Positions 10,136-19,024 of a stretch of DNA of 64,000 nt are shown piece after piece; position 1 is the first letter of the stretch, and every line of letters begins with the position of its first letter. The DNA is from Candidatus Latescibacterota bacterium (lineage in GTDB: Bacteria > Latescibacterota > UBA2968 > UBA8231). The stretch lies in NCBI GenBank assembly GCA_965203175.1, contig OZ241867.1:5344001-5408000 (forward strand), written 5' to 3'. A program made the translations under genes and the position numbers. A model generated the notes under the pieces. It had not been told where the DNA came from. It made no database searches and saw only the letters and a program-made list of their open reading frames with translations.

Positions 10136-11419
10136 ATGCGCGTCGCCTACATCACGGCCGGTGCCGCCAGTATGTACTGCGGTAGCTGCATCCACGACAA
10201 CGCGCTCGCTGCCGCCCTCTCGCGCCGCAATGCCGATGTCGCCCTGATCCCGACCTATACGCCGCTGCGCACGGACGAAGAAAACGTCTCGCTGGACCGC
10301 GTCTTCTACGGCGGCGTCAGCATCTTCCTGCAACAGCAGTGGTCGTTTTTTCGCCGTACGCATCGCCTCTTCGACCGCGTCCTCGACTCGCCGTTTCTAA
10401 TCCGCACCCTCGCGCGCTTTGGCTCCTCTACCAACGCCCGCGACCTAGGACCGCTCACCGTCTCAATCCTCGCCGGCGAAGAGGGCAATCAACAAAAGGA
10501 ACTCACCCGCCTCATCGCTTGGCTCCAGCGCGACTTCAAACCCGACCTCATCCAGCTAACCAACGCCATGTTCGTCGGCATGGCCCGGCAATTAAAAGCA
10601 CAACTCGGGGTCCCGGTCCTCTGCGCCCTCCAAGGTGAGGACCTGTTCTTAGACGGCCTGCCCGAACCCTCGAAGACCCAAGCCCTAGATACCCTACGCC
10701 AACGCACCCAAGACATCGACGCCTTCATCGCCCCGTGTGCGTATTACCAAGAACACATGGCCGAGTACTTACAGATACCGCGCACAAAAATCCACGTGGT
10801 GCCGCTCGGCCTCAATCTGACCGGACACGGCCAAGAGCCACCGCCCACCGACGGCCCCTACAAAATCGGCTACCTCGCCCGCATCTGTCCTGAAAAGGGC
10901 TTTCACCTACTCGTCGATGCCTTCCAGCAGTTAAAAGCGCAACCCGAGTTTGCCTCCCTCCGCCTCGAAGCCGCAGGCTACCTCAGCGCGTACGACAAGC
11001 CCTACTTTGCCGAGCAGGTGCAAAAAATCCGCCGCTGGGGACTAGCCGATTCGTTCACCTACCACGGCGAAGTCGATCGCCGCGAAAAAATCCGCTTCCT
11101 CTCCTCGCTCCACGTCTTCTCCGTACCCTCGGTTTACGCCGACCCCAAAGGTCTATCTATCCTCGAAGCCTTAGCCAACGGCATCCCGGTCATCCAGCCC
11201 GACCACGGCGCGTTCCCCGAACTGATCGCAGCCACCAGCGGCGGTCTCCTCGTCGCACCCCATTCCCCGAAGATCCTAGCCAACGAGCTTGCCGCCTTGC
11301 TACGCGACGAACAGCGGAGACGCCAGCTCGGACAGACCGGCCAAGAGGCGGTCCACAGTCGCTTCCACGCCGATGCCATGGCTGAGGGGACGCTCGCCGT
11401 GTATGAGCAGTATCTGTAG
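10136..11419 (+). CDS. Glycosyltransferase family 4 (GT-B)
   Basis: GYLARICPEKG and PKGLSILEALANGIPVI motifs; unusual N-terminal MYCGSC. Confidence 0.88.
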   Translation: MRVAYITAGAASMYCGSCIHDNALAAALSRRNADVALIPTYTPLRTDEENVSLDRVFYGGVSIFLQQQWSFFRRTHRLFDRVLDSPFLIRTLARFGSSTNARDLGPLTVSILAGEEGNQQKELTRLIAWLQRDFKPDLIQLTNAMFVGMARQLKAQLGVPVLCALQGEDLFLDGLPEPSKTQALDTLRQRTQDIDAFIAPCAYYQEHMAEYLQIPRTKIHVVPLGLNLTGHGQEPPPTDGPYKIGYLARICPEKGFHLLVDAFQQLKAQPEFASLRLEAAGYLSAYDKPYFAEQVQKIRRWGLADSFTYHGEVDRREKIRFLSSLHVFSVPSVYADPKGLSILEALANGIPVIQPDHGAFPELIAATSGGLLVAPHSPKILANELAALLRDEQRRRQLGQTGQEAVHSRFHADAMAEGTLAVYEQYL

Positions 11420-11514
11420 AAAGAGATCGACAACAACTATAGGGTGACGTAGTGCTGACCATTGGTCAGGGCTAGTGTTTTGACAGATTTACGATTAAAT
11501 CGTAAATCTGCCGG

Positions 11515-11736
11515 TCGCAAGACCGGCCATGAGGTTGATCTACTGGTGGAACAAGGATCGGCGCTCTACCCAATTGAGATCAAGTCTGGACAAACGGTCG
11601 GCTCGGATGCGTTCACCGCACTTACATGGTGGAGCCGCACCGCCGACAGAATCTTGCGAATGCTTCGCTGATCTATGGCGGCGACCGCGCGTACCGGCGC
11701 AACAAAGTGGCGGTGCAGCCGTGGTTTGCTATTTGA
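11515..11736 (+). pseudogene. Frameshifted C-terminal remnant of an AAA+/DUF4143-type protein
   Basis: GHEVDLLVEQGSALYPIEIKSG in one frame, continuing LIYGGDRAYRRNKVAVQPWFAI* in another; no ATPase N-terminus present. Confidence 0.65.
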
Positions 11737-11860
11737 AGAAAATTTTCCTACCCACGAAATTCCCTATACTATACTTATGATCACTTGGTCTCCTAAAGGC
11801 GGGTCGGCAAAAAGCCTTATGGCGCGTATGAAGGGAATCAACTAACCTCGGAGTGCAAAT

Positions 11861-12097
11861 ATGACCCATCCCGAACTCCTCAAGCGCATCACGGTGCGTC
11901 CAGATATTTTTGATGGCAAGCCCATTATTCGCGACATGCGTATCTCGGTGGAACTTATCCTGAGCTTGTTAGCCCAAGGTGTAAAGCCAGAGGCCATTTT
12001 AGCCGATTACCCCGAACTCGAAGAAGCCGACCTACAGGCGTGTGTTGCCTACGCGCACGCGGTGAAACACTACCCCGATGCGATGCCGAGACTTTGA
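11861..12097 (+). CDS. DUF433 family protein (antitoxin-like), no partner toxin adjacent
   Basis: RITVRPDIFDGKPIIRDMRISVELIL...YPELEEADL..CVAYA pattern; GGAG RBS. Confidence 0.88.
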   Translation: MTHPELLKRITVRPDIFDGKPIIRDMRISVELILSLLAQGVKPEAILADYPELEEADLQACVAYAHAVKHYPDAMPRL

Positions 12098-12100
12098 GCG

Positions 12101-12994
12101 TTAAATCTTCCCTGCAGCAATAAATTCCCGCAACAGTCCCAAGAAAGCCTCTGTCGCCGGCGAACGCCGTCGCTGCCGGTGCTCGATTAGGCCTATTTGG
12201 CGTTTGGCCAATCCATTGACCTGTATAGCGCGCACTTTCCCTGCGGCGACTTCTGCTTCCACCGCCACCTCTGGCACCAGCGCAATACCCAACCCAATCT
12301 CCACGTAGCGCTTGATAATCTCGATCCCGCCGAGGGTCATTTCGACCTGCAACGCCAAGCCCTCCCGCTGGAAAACCTCGTCGAGCAACTGCCGGCTAGT
12401 GCTCCCGCGTTCCAAGACCAGAAACGGATATTCGGCAAGCTGTTTGAGCCCTATCCTACGCCTTTTGCCCAGCGCGTGGTCCGGAGGACAAATGAGTACA
12501 TCCCGCCGCTCGAAAAGCGACTCGCTGACCAAGTCGCGGTGCTTGACCGGTAATGTCGCCAACCCGAACTCCACTTCGTCGTTGAGCACTAGGTTACTCA
12601 CCTCCGGCGACATTCGATTGCGGATGTCTAACTCGACCGCTGGGTAGCGAGTTCGGAACTCGGCGAGCACGTTGGGCAAAACATAGGTGCAGTTGGTATC
12701 GCTAGTCCCGATCGCCAGTCGCCCGCGCAAAACCTGCTTGAGCGCCGCAATATCGTCGCGCGCCTTCTCCAGCCGGGAGAGAACCTCTTTCGCATGAGCA
12801 AAGAGAATCTCGCCGGCCGGCGTCAGACGGAACTGTCGCCTATTGCGCTCAAGTAGGATCTCGTCCAGTTCGTTCTCCAATGCCTTGATCTGCAGGCTGA
12901 TGGCCGGCTGAGTCAGAAAGAGTTTATCGGCCGCCCGCGTAAAGCTCTGCTCGCGGACGATTTCGTAGAAACTGCGCAATTGGTAGAGATCCAT
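12101..12994 (-). CDS. LysR family transcriptional regulator
   Basis: N-terminal HTH SFTRAADKLFLTQPAISLQIKALE, LTPAG; 297 aa. Confidence 0.95.
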   Translation of the reverse strand: MDLYQLRSFYEIVREQSFTRAADKLFLTQPAISLQIKALENELDEILLERNRRQFRLTPAGEILFAHAKEVLSRLEKARDDIAALKQVLRGRLAIGTSDTNCTYVLPNVLAEFRTRYPAVELDIRNRMSPEVSNLVLNDEVEFGLATLPVKHRDLVSESLFERRDVLICPPDHALGKRRRIGLKQLAEYPFLVLERGSTSRQLLDEVFQREGLALQVEMTLGGIEIIKRYVEIGLGIALVPEVAVEAEVAAGKVRAIQVNGLAKRQIGLIEHRQRRRSPATEAFLGLLREFIAAGKI

Positions 12995-13037
12995 TCGGAG
13001 TCCTTTATTTATATTATTTATTCTAAAGATAATATAT

Positions 13038-13060
13038 ATAAATTTTTATTATGCTACAAT
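13038..13060 (+). promoter_or_regulatory. LysR-type box ATAA-N7-TTAT overlapping an extended -10 (TGcTACAAT)
   Basis: 13038-13052 ATAAatttttaTTAT fits the T-N11-A dyad; 13052-13060 TGCTACAAT; AT-rich divergent intergenic region. Confidence 0.6.
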
Positions 13061-13113
13061 TTCACTTATCGTCAGAGGCGTCAACCAATTCACTCTTTAA
13101 AAGGAGGTGCGCC

Positions 13114-14133
13114 ATGAGCGCCATCATCGTCGTTGACGCCTTCTGGGGCGATTCGGGTAAAGGCAAGGTCGCCGCCTTCCTCGCACAAAAACACCAAGCC
13201 GCCTACAGTGTCCGAGCCGGGGTCGGTACCAATGCCGGGCACAGTATCCTCTTTGCCGACGGCAGCGAGATTCGCACTCGGCAGTTACCCTGCGGCTTTC
13301 TCCATCCCGATACGCAACTGCGCGTCGGCAGCGGCGTCGCCGTCGATCCCGAGCAGTTTTTTGCCGAACTAGATCTACTAGACCCGAGCTATGGGCTGCG
13401 CGAGCGGACCCGCGTCGATTACCGCTGCCCGCTGATCCTGCCCGAGTACCGCCAACGCGAAGAAACCGACAGCTTTCTGCAGGAACACGGCACCACCGCC
13501 AGCGGCAGCGGCGTCGCCCGCGCCGAATTCGCCCTGCGCAAAGCGCGCCAAGCCCGCGACGAGGACATCCTCGCAGATTACACCGCCGACGTAGCCCGCG
13601 AACTCAACGAGAGCTGCCTGCGCGGTGAAACCATCGTCGTCGAGGGCAGCCAAGGCACCCACCTGTCGCTAGCCCTGAGCGATGACTATCCCGACTGCAC
13701 CTCGGACAACTGCACCACCGCCGCCTTTGCCGATGACGTCGGACTCAACTGGCGTCACATCGAAGAAGTCTGCTTGGTGGTCAAAGCACTGCCTAGCCGC
13801 GTCGGCACTGGCCCCCTACCACTGCAATTGACGCTAGCAGAAGAGGAATGCCGGGGCCTCGCCGAATACGGCGTGGCGACCGGGCGACGGCGGCGCAAAG
13901 CCTCGGGTATCTCTTGGCCTCATTTGGAAACAGCCGTCCTACTCAACGGTCCCACCCAGTTGGCCTTAACCTTCTGCGACCACCTCGACCCCGAGGTCAC
14001 CGGCGCACGCCAGCACAGCGCATTGACCGCGCCCATCCGACACCTCATCGACGAACTAGAGACGCGATTTAACATCCCCGTATCGCTCTGCGATTGTGGG
14101 GTACACTTCGAGAACCTCGTCGAGATCGCATGA
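13114..14133 (+). CDS. Adenylosuccinate synthetase family, short archaeal-type, divergent (339 aa)
   Basis: WGDSGKGK, GVGTNAGH, EGSQG, EYGVATGRRRR and TFCD motifs; AAGGAGG RBS before ATG 13114. Confidence 0.85.
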   Translation: MSAIIVVDAFWGDSGKGKVAAFLAQKHQAAYSVRAGVGTNAGHSILFADGSEIRTRQLPCGFLHPDTQLRVGSGVAVDPEQFFAELDLLDPSYGLRERTRVDYRCPLILPEYRQREETDSFLQEHGTTASGSGVARAEFALRKARQARDEDILADYTADVARELNESCLRGETIVVEGSQGTHLSLALSDDYPDCTSDNCTTAAFADDVGLNWRHIEEVCLVVKALPSRVGTGPLPLQLTLAEEECRGLAEYGVATGRRRRKASGISWPHLETAVLLNGPTQLALTFCDHLDPEVTGARQHSALTAPIRHLIDELETRFNIPVSLCDCGVHFENLVEIA

Positions 14134-14198
14134 CCCTCGACAGCAGCGAGTCTCCTAACCACATTATGTGCGAAACGCGCAAGCGAAAGGATTATCCC

Positions 14199-14669
14199 AT
14201 GACTTGGCTCGTATTCGCACTCCTCACTGTCTCTTGTTGGGGTCTCTACGGCGTCCTGCTACACACCGGCCAGATCGCCATGGCCGATCCGGTAAACGGC
14301 CGCTACAAAGCCTTCCTCTTCGTCGGCTTGGCCTACCTGCTCACCGCGGTCTTCGGTTCGCTGATCGTCCTAGCCTACAATGGCGCGAGTTGGATCTACC
14401 CGGCTAAGGGCGTCTTCTGGTCCACCGCCGCTGGCATCGCCGGAGCCATCGGCGCATTGGGCGTCCTCCTCGCCTTCGGGGCCAGGGGAACGCCGGCCGT
14501 GGTCATGTCCATCGTCTTTGCCGGTGCTCCCATCGTCAACGCGGTCGTCGCCGTGCTCGTGCATCCGCCCGCTGGCGGCTGGGCAGCCGTGCGTTGGCCC
14601 TTTGTCCTCGGCATCGTCTTGGCCGCTATGGGCGGCTGCCTAGTCACTTTCTTCCGACCCGGCAACTGA
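14199..14669 (+). CDS. Small membrane protein, DMT/EamA-like half
   Basis: About five hydrophobic segments; WGLYG and GAPIVNA motifs. Confidence 0.6.
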   Translation: MTWLVFALLTVSCWGLYGVLLHTGQIAMADPVNGRYKAFLFVGLAYLLTAVFGSLIVLAYNGASWIYPAKGVFWSTAAGIAGAIGALGVLLAFGARGTPAVVMSIVFAGAPIVNAVVAVLVHPPAGGWAAVRWPFVLGIVLAAMGGCLVTFFRPGN

Positions 14670-14670
14670 C

Positions 14671-15087
14671 GTGTCCGTCGAATTCCACACCTGCCGCCGC
14701 GTCGAGTGGGCCGACACCGATCAGGCTGGCATCGTCCATTTTGCGCGCTTCTTCGTCTTCATGGAAGCCGCTGAGCACGCCTTCTGGCGCAGCTTGGATC
14801 TGAGCGTCCACAGTCAACGCGACGGCGACATCATTAGCTGGCCTCGCCTCGTCGCCGAATGCGAGTACTTCCGCCCCGTCTCCTTTGAGGATATCCTCGA
14901 CATCCATGTACACCTCGAAAAACAGGGCGAGAAGTCTCTCAGCTTTCGCTTCGACTTCCACTGCGGAGACGAACATATAGCCCAAGGCCGACTCAAGATC
15001 GCCTGCTGCGTCTGCAATCCGGGCGAGGCCATCCGCGCCATCCCCATCCCGAACTTTATCACCCGCAAACTGGCGGCGCACCTATGA
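14671..15087 (+). CDS. Acyl-CoA thioesterase (4HBT/YbgC hotdog family)
   Basis: RVEWADTDQAGIVHFARFFVFME motif. Confidence 0.9.
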   Translation: MSVEFHTCRRVEWADTDQAGIVHFARFFVFMEAAEHAFWRSLDLSVHSQRDGDIISWPRLVAECEYFRPVSFEDILDIHVHLEKQGEKSLSFRFDFHCGDEHIAQGRLKIACCVCNPGEAIRAIPIPNFITRKLAAHL

Positions 15088-15761
15088 ACGCAGCCCCGGC
15101 TCTCGCCGCAACCGACGTCTGCAAGCACTTCGCCCTCGGCGACCAGACCGTCGACGTGCTGCGCGGCGTCTCGCTGCACGTCGAGATGGGTCAGTCCTTG
15201 GCGCTTATTGGTCCGTCCGGCTCGGGCAAGAGCACCTTGCTGCACCTGCTCGGCACCCTCGAACCTCCAACCTCGGGCCAAATCGCCATCAGTGGCCAAG
15301 ACCCACTAGCCCTCCCCGAACCGCAACTCGCCCGCTTCCGCAACCAGCACATCGGCTTCGTCTTCCAAAACCACCACCTGCTGCCCCAGTACTCAGCCCT
15401 CGAAAACGCCCTAATCCCCACCCTCGCCTTTCCCCAAGCCGACCGGCGCGAGCGCGCCTGTGATCTTTTAACCGCCGTCGGTCTAGCAGAACGCCTGCAC
15501 CACCGCCCCGCCGAGCTTTCCGGCGGCGAGTGCCAGCGCGTGGCCGTGGCGCGTGCCTTGATCAACAAGCCCGGTCTCTTGCTCTGCGACGAGCCTACCG
15601 GCAGCCTCGACCGCCAGACAGCCACCACCGTCGCCGACCTGCTCTTCACACTGCACCGCGCCGAACAAGCTGCTCTCGTCATCGCAACCCACGACCTCGA
15701 ACTAGCTGCGCGCTGCGACCACCGCCTGCATCTGCGCGAGGGGACGTGCGTCGAAGCCTAG
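15084..15761 (+). CDS. ABC transporter ATP-binding protein (LolD/MacB-like)
   Basis: GPSGSGKST, GFVFQ, LSGGECQR and LLLCDEPTG motifs. Confidence 0.95.
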   Translation: MNAAPALAATDVCKHFALGDQTVDVLRGVSLHVEMGQSLALIGPSGSGKSTLLHLLGTLEPPTSGQIAISGQDPLALPEPQLARFRNQHIGFVFQNHHLLPQYSALENALIPTLAFPQADRRERACDLLTAVGLAERLHHRPAELSGGECQRVAVARALINKPGLLLCDEPTGSLDRQTATTVADLLFTLHRAEQAALVIATHDLELAARCDHRLHLREGTCVEA

Positions 15762-18700
15762 TCTACTACTGGCGGGTTCACCTAGGGCTGCTGCTAGGGA
15801 CCGCTGTCGCCACAACCGCCCTGACTGGCGCGCTCCTAGTCGGCGACTCCATGCGCGGCAGTCTGCGCGATTTGGCTTTAGAGCGCCTAGGTCAGACCGA
15901 TTACGCACTGCTCGCTGCGCACTTCTTCCGCAGCGACTTGACCACCGAACTGCCTGGAGGCCATGCACCTGTCATCCTCCTCAACGGCAGCGCCCGCCAC
16001 GCCGAGACCCAAGCGCTCGCCGCTGGCGTGCAAATCCAAGGCATCGACGTCCGCTTCTCCGCGCTCTTTCCCGAAAGCGGCTCCGCCTTGCGCGATGCCC
16101 TCAAACCAGCGCCCGACCAGCCGTTTCCTCCACTCGTCGTCAGTGCCTCACTGCAACGCGCCCTCGGCCTTGAACTAGGCGATGCGATCCTGCTCTCGCT
16201 GGAGCGCCCCAGCCCAACCTACCGCGAATCCCTCTTTGGCCGCCGCGCTACCGGCGATCTCGTCACCACTCTGCGCGTGGTGCTCACTGGCGTCTTGCCC
16301 GACAGCGGGGCGGGGCGCTTCGGCCTGCGACTGCAGCAGCACCTGCCGCTCAACGCATACCTCAACCTCCAAGTCCTCCAGCGCGCGCTCGACCAACAGG
16401 GTCGCGTCAACACCCTGCTCATTGCCGCGCCCAACAGTCAACACCAAGACCTGCAACACGCCCTCGCCCAGCACCTGAGCCTTGCCGACCGCAAGCTAGA
16501 CCTCGCGCTGCACGCCAACTACATCGAGCTCACCAGCACCCGCTTTGTCCTCGACGATTCGATTCGCACCGCCGCCTTGGCGAGCGCAGCCGCCTTACAA
16601 CTCAAAACCGCAACCTTCTCGACCTATCTGGCCAACGCCATTGAGGGGAACGGTCGCCAAGTCCCCTACTCAACCGTTACCGCCCTCGACGATCCTACCG
16701 GCCTCTACCTCGCCGACGGACGGCCCGCGCCACCCCTCGCCGCCGACGCCCTCTACCTCGACACCTGGACAGCCCAAGAACTGGCCACAACTCCCGGCGA
16801 TTCGGTCTCCCTGACCTATTACGTAGTCGGCCCGCGCCATGAACTCCGGACCGAGCAAGCCCACTTCCGCCTCCAAGGGATTGTGCAGATGCGCGGCTTG
16901 GCCATTGACCCAACCCTGACGCCTGCCTATCCAGGGTTGCAGGAAGAAGACGATATAACTGCCTGGGATGCGCCCTTCCCCATCGACATGGGGCAAATTC
17001 GCCCGCAGGACGAAGCCTACTGGGACCAGTACGGGGCCGCGCCCAAAGCCTTCGTCGCCTCCCATACAGGACAGCGCCTGTGGGGCAGCCGACACGGCGC
17101 GCTGACCGCCATCCGCTTCTATCCGTCCTCGTCCACTTACTACCAGACCTTGCGCCAAGACCTGCTAGTGCGCCTGTCTCCTGTGGCAGCAGGCTTCTCC
17201 TTGCGCCCCGTCCGCCAAGAGGCCCAGTTAGCATCAACTGGGGCCACGGACTTCAGCGGCCTTTTTATCGGCTTCAGCCTCTTCCTCATTGCCTCGGCTG
17301 CATTACTAGTAGTTTTGCTGTGCAAGTTCGGCCTCGAACAACGCGCCCGCGAAGCAGGGCTGCTGCTCGCCACCGGCTACCCGCTCACCGCGGTGGGCCG
17401 ACGCTTTTTGGGCGAGGGCATTGCCTTGGCCGCGCTGGGCGCACTGCTCGGTCTAGCCGGTGCTCCGCTCTACGCCTATTTGATGCTGGTCGGCTTGCAC
17501 ACTTTGTGGTTGGAGGCTATCGGCACATCCTTTCTCTCCCTCCACGTTAGCTGGCTCAGTCTGGCGGTGGGTTATCTATCCACCTTACTGCTGGTCTCGC
17601 TAGCGCTGTGGCGCACCGTGCAGCGCTTCCACCGCCTGCCCGTCCGAGCCCTACTCGCTGGTACCCTCGACACCGCACCGCGTCTCCCGCGCCGTCGCAG
17701 TGCCGTCCTCGCCGCACTTGGTCTGGTTATAGCTCTTACCTTAAGCGTTCTCGCCAGTATGGCCGACGCAGCAACGGCCGCTGCGCTTTTCTTAGGCAGC
17801 GGCACCGCGGCCCTGTTGGCGCTATTGGCCCTTTTCGCGGTATGGTTGCGCGCTCCAACATCGGGCCGCCTCAACTCCAGCCTCGGCTTGGGCCTCCTCA
17901 ACAGCACCCGCAAACCAAGCCGCAGCACCCTCTGCACCTCCCTCGTCGCCTGCGCCACCTTTGTCATCGTCGCCGCTGGAGCTCACCGACAGGTCGAGTG
18001 GTCAGACGATCCGGGCACGGGCGGTTTATCACTAGTCGCCGAGGCAGAAATTCCCCTGCACCAAGACCTCAACAGTGCGGATGGCCGCTTCGAGTTAGGT
18101 CTATCAACAGACTTGGGCACCGCGCGCTTCTTCCCCTTCCGCGTCCTGCCCGGCGACGACGTGAGCTGCCTCAACCTCTACATACCCCAGACCCCGCGCG
18201 TCCTCGGCGCACCGGCCGAGTTCATCCAACGCGGCGGCTTGCCCTTCCGACAGACGCTCCCCCTAACGCCAGACGAGCGCGCCAATCCCTGGCGACTGCT
18301 CCAGCGCGATTTGGGGCCAGGCGTCATCCCAGCTATCGGCGACTTTAATTCAGCGCAATGGATTTTGCACAAACGTCTGGGCGACGACATCCCGATTGCG
18401 GAGGGATTGGCCGTGCGGTTAGTCGGCCTGTTGGACGGCAGTCTGTTCCAGAGCGAGCTGCTCATTGCCGAGGACCGCTTCGCCGCGCATTTCCCCGAAC
18501 GCGAAGGCTACGGCTACTTCCTAGTCGAAACGGAACAACCAGCCGCCGTCACCGCCGCGCTCGAAAAGGGACTAGCAGCCTACGGCCTCGACGCCACCTT
18601 GAGCGCCGAGCGCCTCCGAGGCTTTCGCGCCGTCGAAAACACGTACCTGGCGACCTTTCAGACGCTGGGTTTGCTCGGGCTGCTCTTGGGTACCCTGGGT

Positions 18701-19018
18701 TTGGGGATCCTCATTCTGCGCAACGTCCTCGAGCGCAGTGGCGAGTTGGCGGCCTTGAGCGCCTGTGGTTTTCGCCGCGCCCGCCTAGGGGCGATGCTGC
18801 TCTACGAGCACGGCTTCCTCCTGCTAGCGGGAGAAGGGATCGGCAGCGCCGCCGCCCTCATCGCCGTGGCCCCCCGCCTTTTCGATCCTACCCCCTTGCC
18901 TTGGGCCTCGTTGATCTTCTCGCTTGGCTTGGTCTTCGCCGCTGGTCTGTTGGCGTGTGCTGTCGCTAGTCACTCGGCCTTGCGTCGCCCCCTGCTCGCG
19001 GCCCTCAAGGCCGAGTAA
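15746..19018 (+). CDS. Large FtsX/MacB-like ABC permease with duplicated permease domains
   Basis: Likely GTG start at 15746 (RRSLVYYWR...GALLVGDSMRGSL); two FtsX-like motifs (EQRAREAGLLLATG, ERSGELAALSACG). Confidence 0.85.
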   Translation: MRRSLVYYWRVHLGLLLGTAVATTALTGALLVGDSMRGSLRDLALERLGQTDYALLAAHFFRSDLTTELPGGHAPVILLNGSARHAETQALAAGVQIQGIDVRFSALFPESGSALRDALKPAPDQPFPPLVVSASLQRALGLELGDAILLSLERPSPTYRESLFGRRATGDLVTTLRVVLTGVLPDSGAGRFGLRLQQHLPLNAYLNLQVLQRALDQQGRVNTLLIAAPNSQHQDLQHALAQHLSLADRKLDLALHANYIELTSTRFVLDDSIRTAALASAAALQLKTATFSTYLANAIEGNGRQVPYSTVTALDDPTGLYLADGRPAPPLAADALYLDTWTAQELATTPGDSVSLTYYVVGPRHELRTEQAHFRLQGIVQMRGLAIDPTLTPAYPGLQEEDDITAWDAPFPIDMGQIRPQDEAYWDQYGAAPKAFVASHTGQRLWGSRHGALTAIRFYPSSSTYYQTLRQDLLVRLSPVAAGFSLRPVRQEAQLASTGATDFSGLFIGFSLFLIASAALLVVLLCKFGLEQRAREAGLLLATGYPLTAVGRRFLGEGIALAALGALLGLAGAPLYAYLMLVGLHTLWLEAIGTSFLSLHVSWLSLAVGYLSTLLLVSLALWRTVQRFHRLPVRALLAGTLDTAPRLPRRRSAVLAALGLVIALTLSVLASMADAATAAALFLGSGTAALLALLALFAVWLRAPTSGRLNSSLGLGLLNSTRKPSRSTLCTSLVACATFVIVAAGAHRQVEWSDDPGTGGLSLVAEAEIPLHQDLNSADGRFELGLSTDLGTARFFPFRVLPGDDVSCLNLYIPQTPRVLGAPAEFIQRGGLPFRQTLPLTPDERANPWRLLQRDLGPGVIPAIGDFNSAQWILHKRLGDDIPIAEGLAVRLVGLLDGSLFQSELLIAEDRFAAHFPEREGYGYFLVETEQPAAVTAALEKGLAAYGLDATLSAERLRGFRAVENTYLATFQTLGLLGLLLGTLGLGILILRNVLERSGELAALSACGFRRARLGAMLLYEHGFLLLAGEGIGSAAALIAVAPRLFDPTPLPWASLIFSLGLVFAAGLLACAVASHSALRRPLLAALKAE

Positions 19019-19024
19019 CCAGCG

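Noticed and set aside
11778-11846. 22-codon ORF MITWSPKGGSAKSLMARMKGIN upstream of DUF433
   Set aside because: No clear RBS or recognisable motif; cannot be supported as a gene or toxin.
13114-14133. PurZ (Z-base synthesis) assignment
   Set aside because: It keeps Asp at the catalytic GD position (PurZ has Ser), and there is no phage context, datZ or mazZ nearby.
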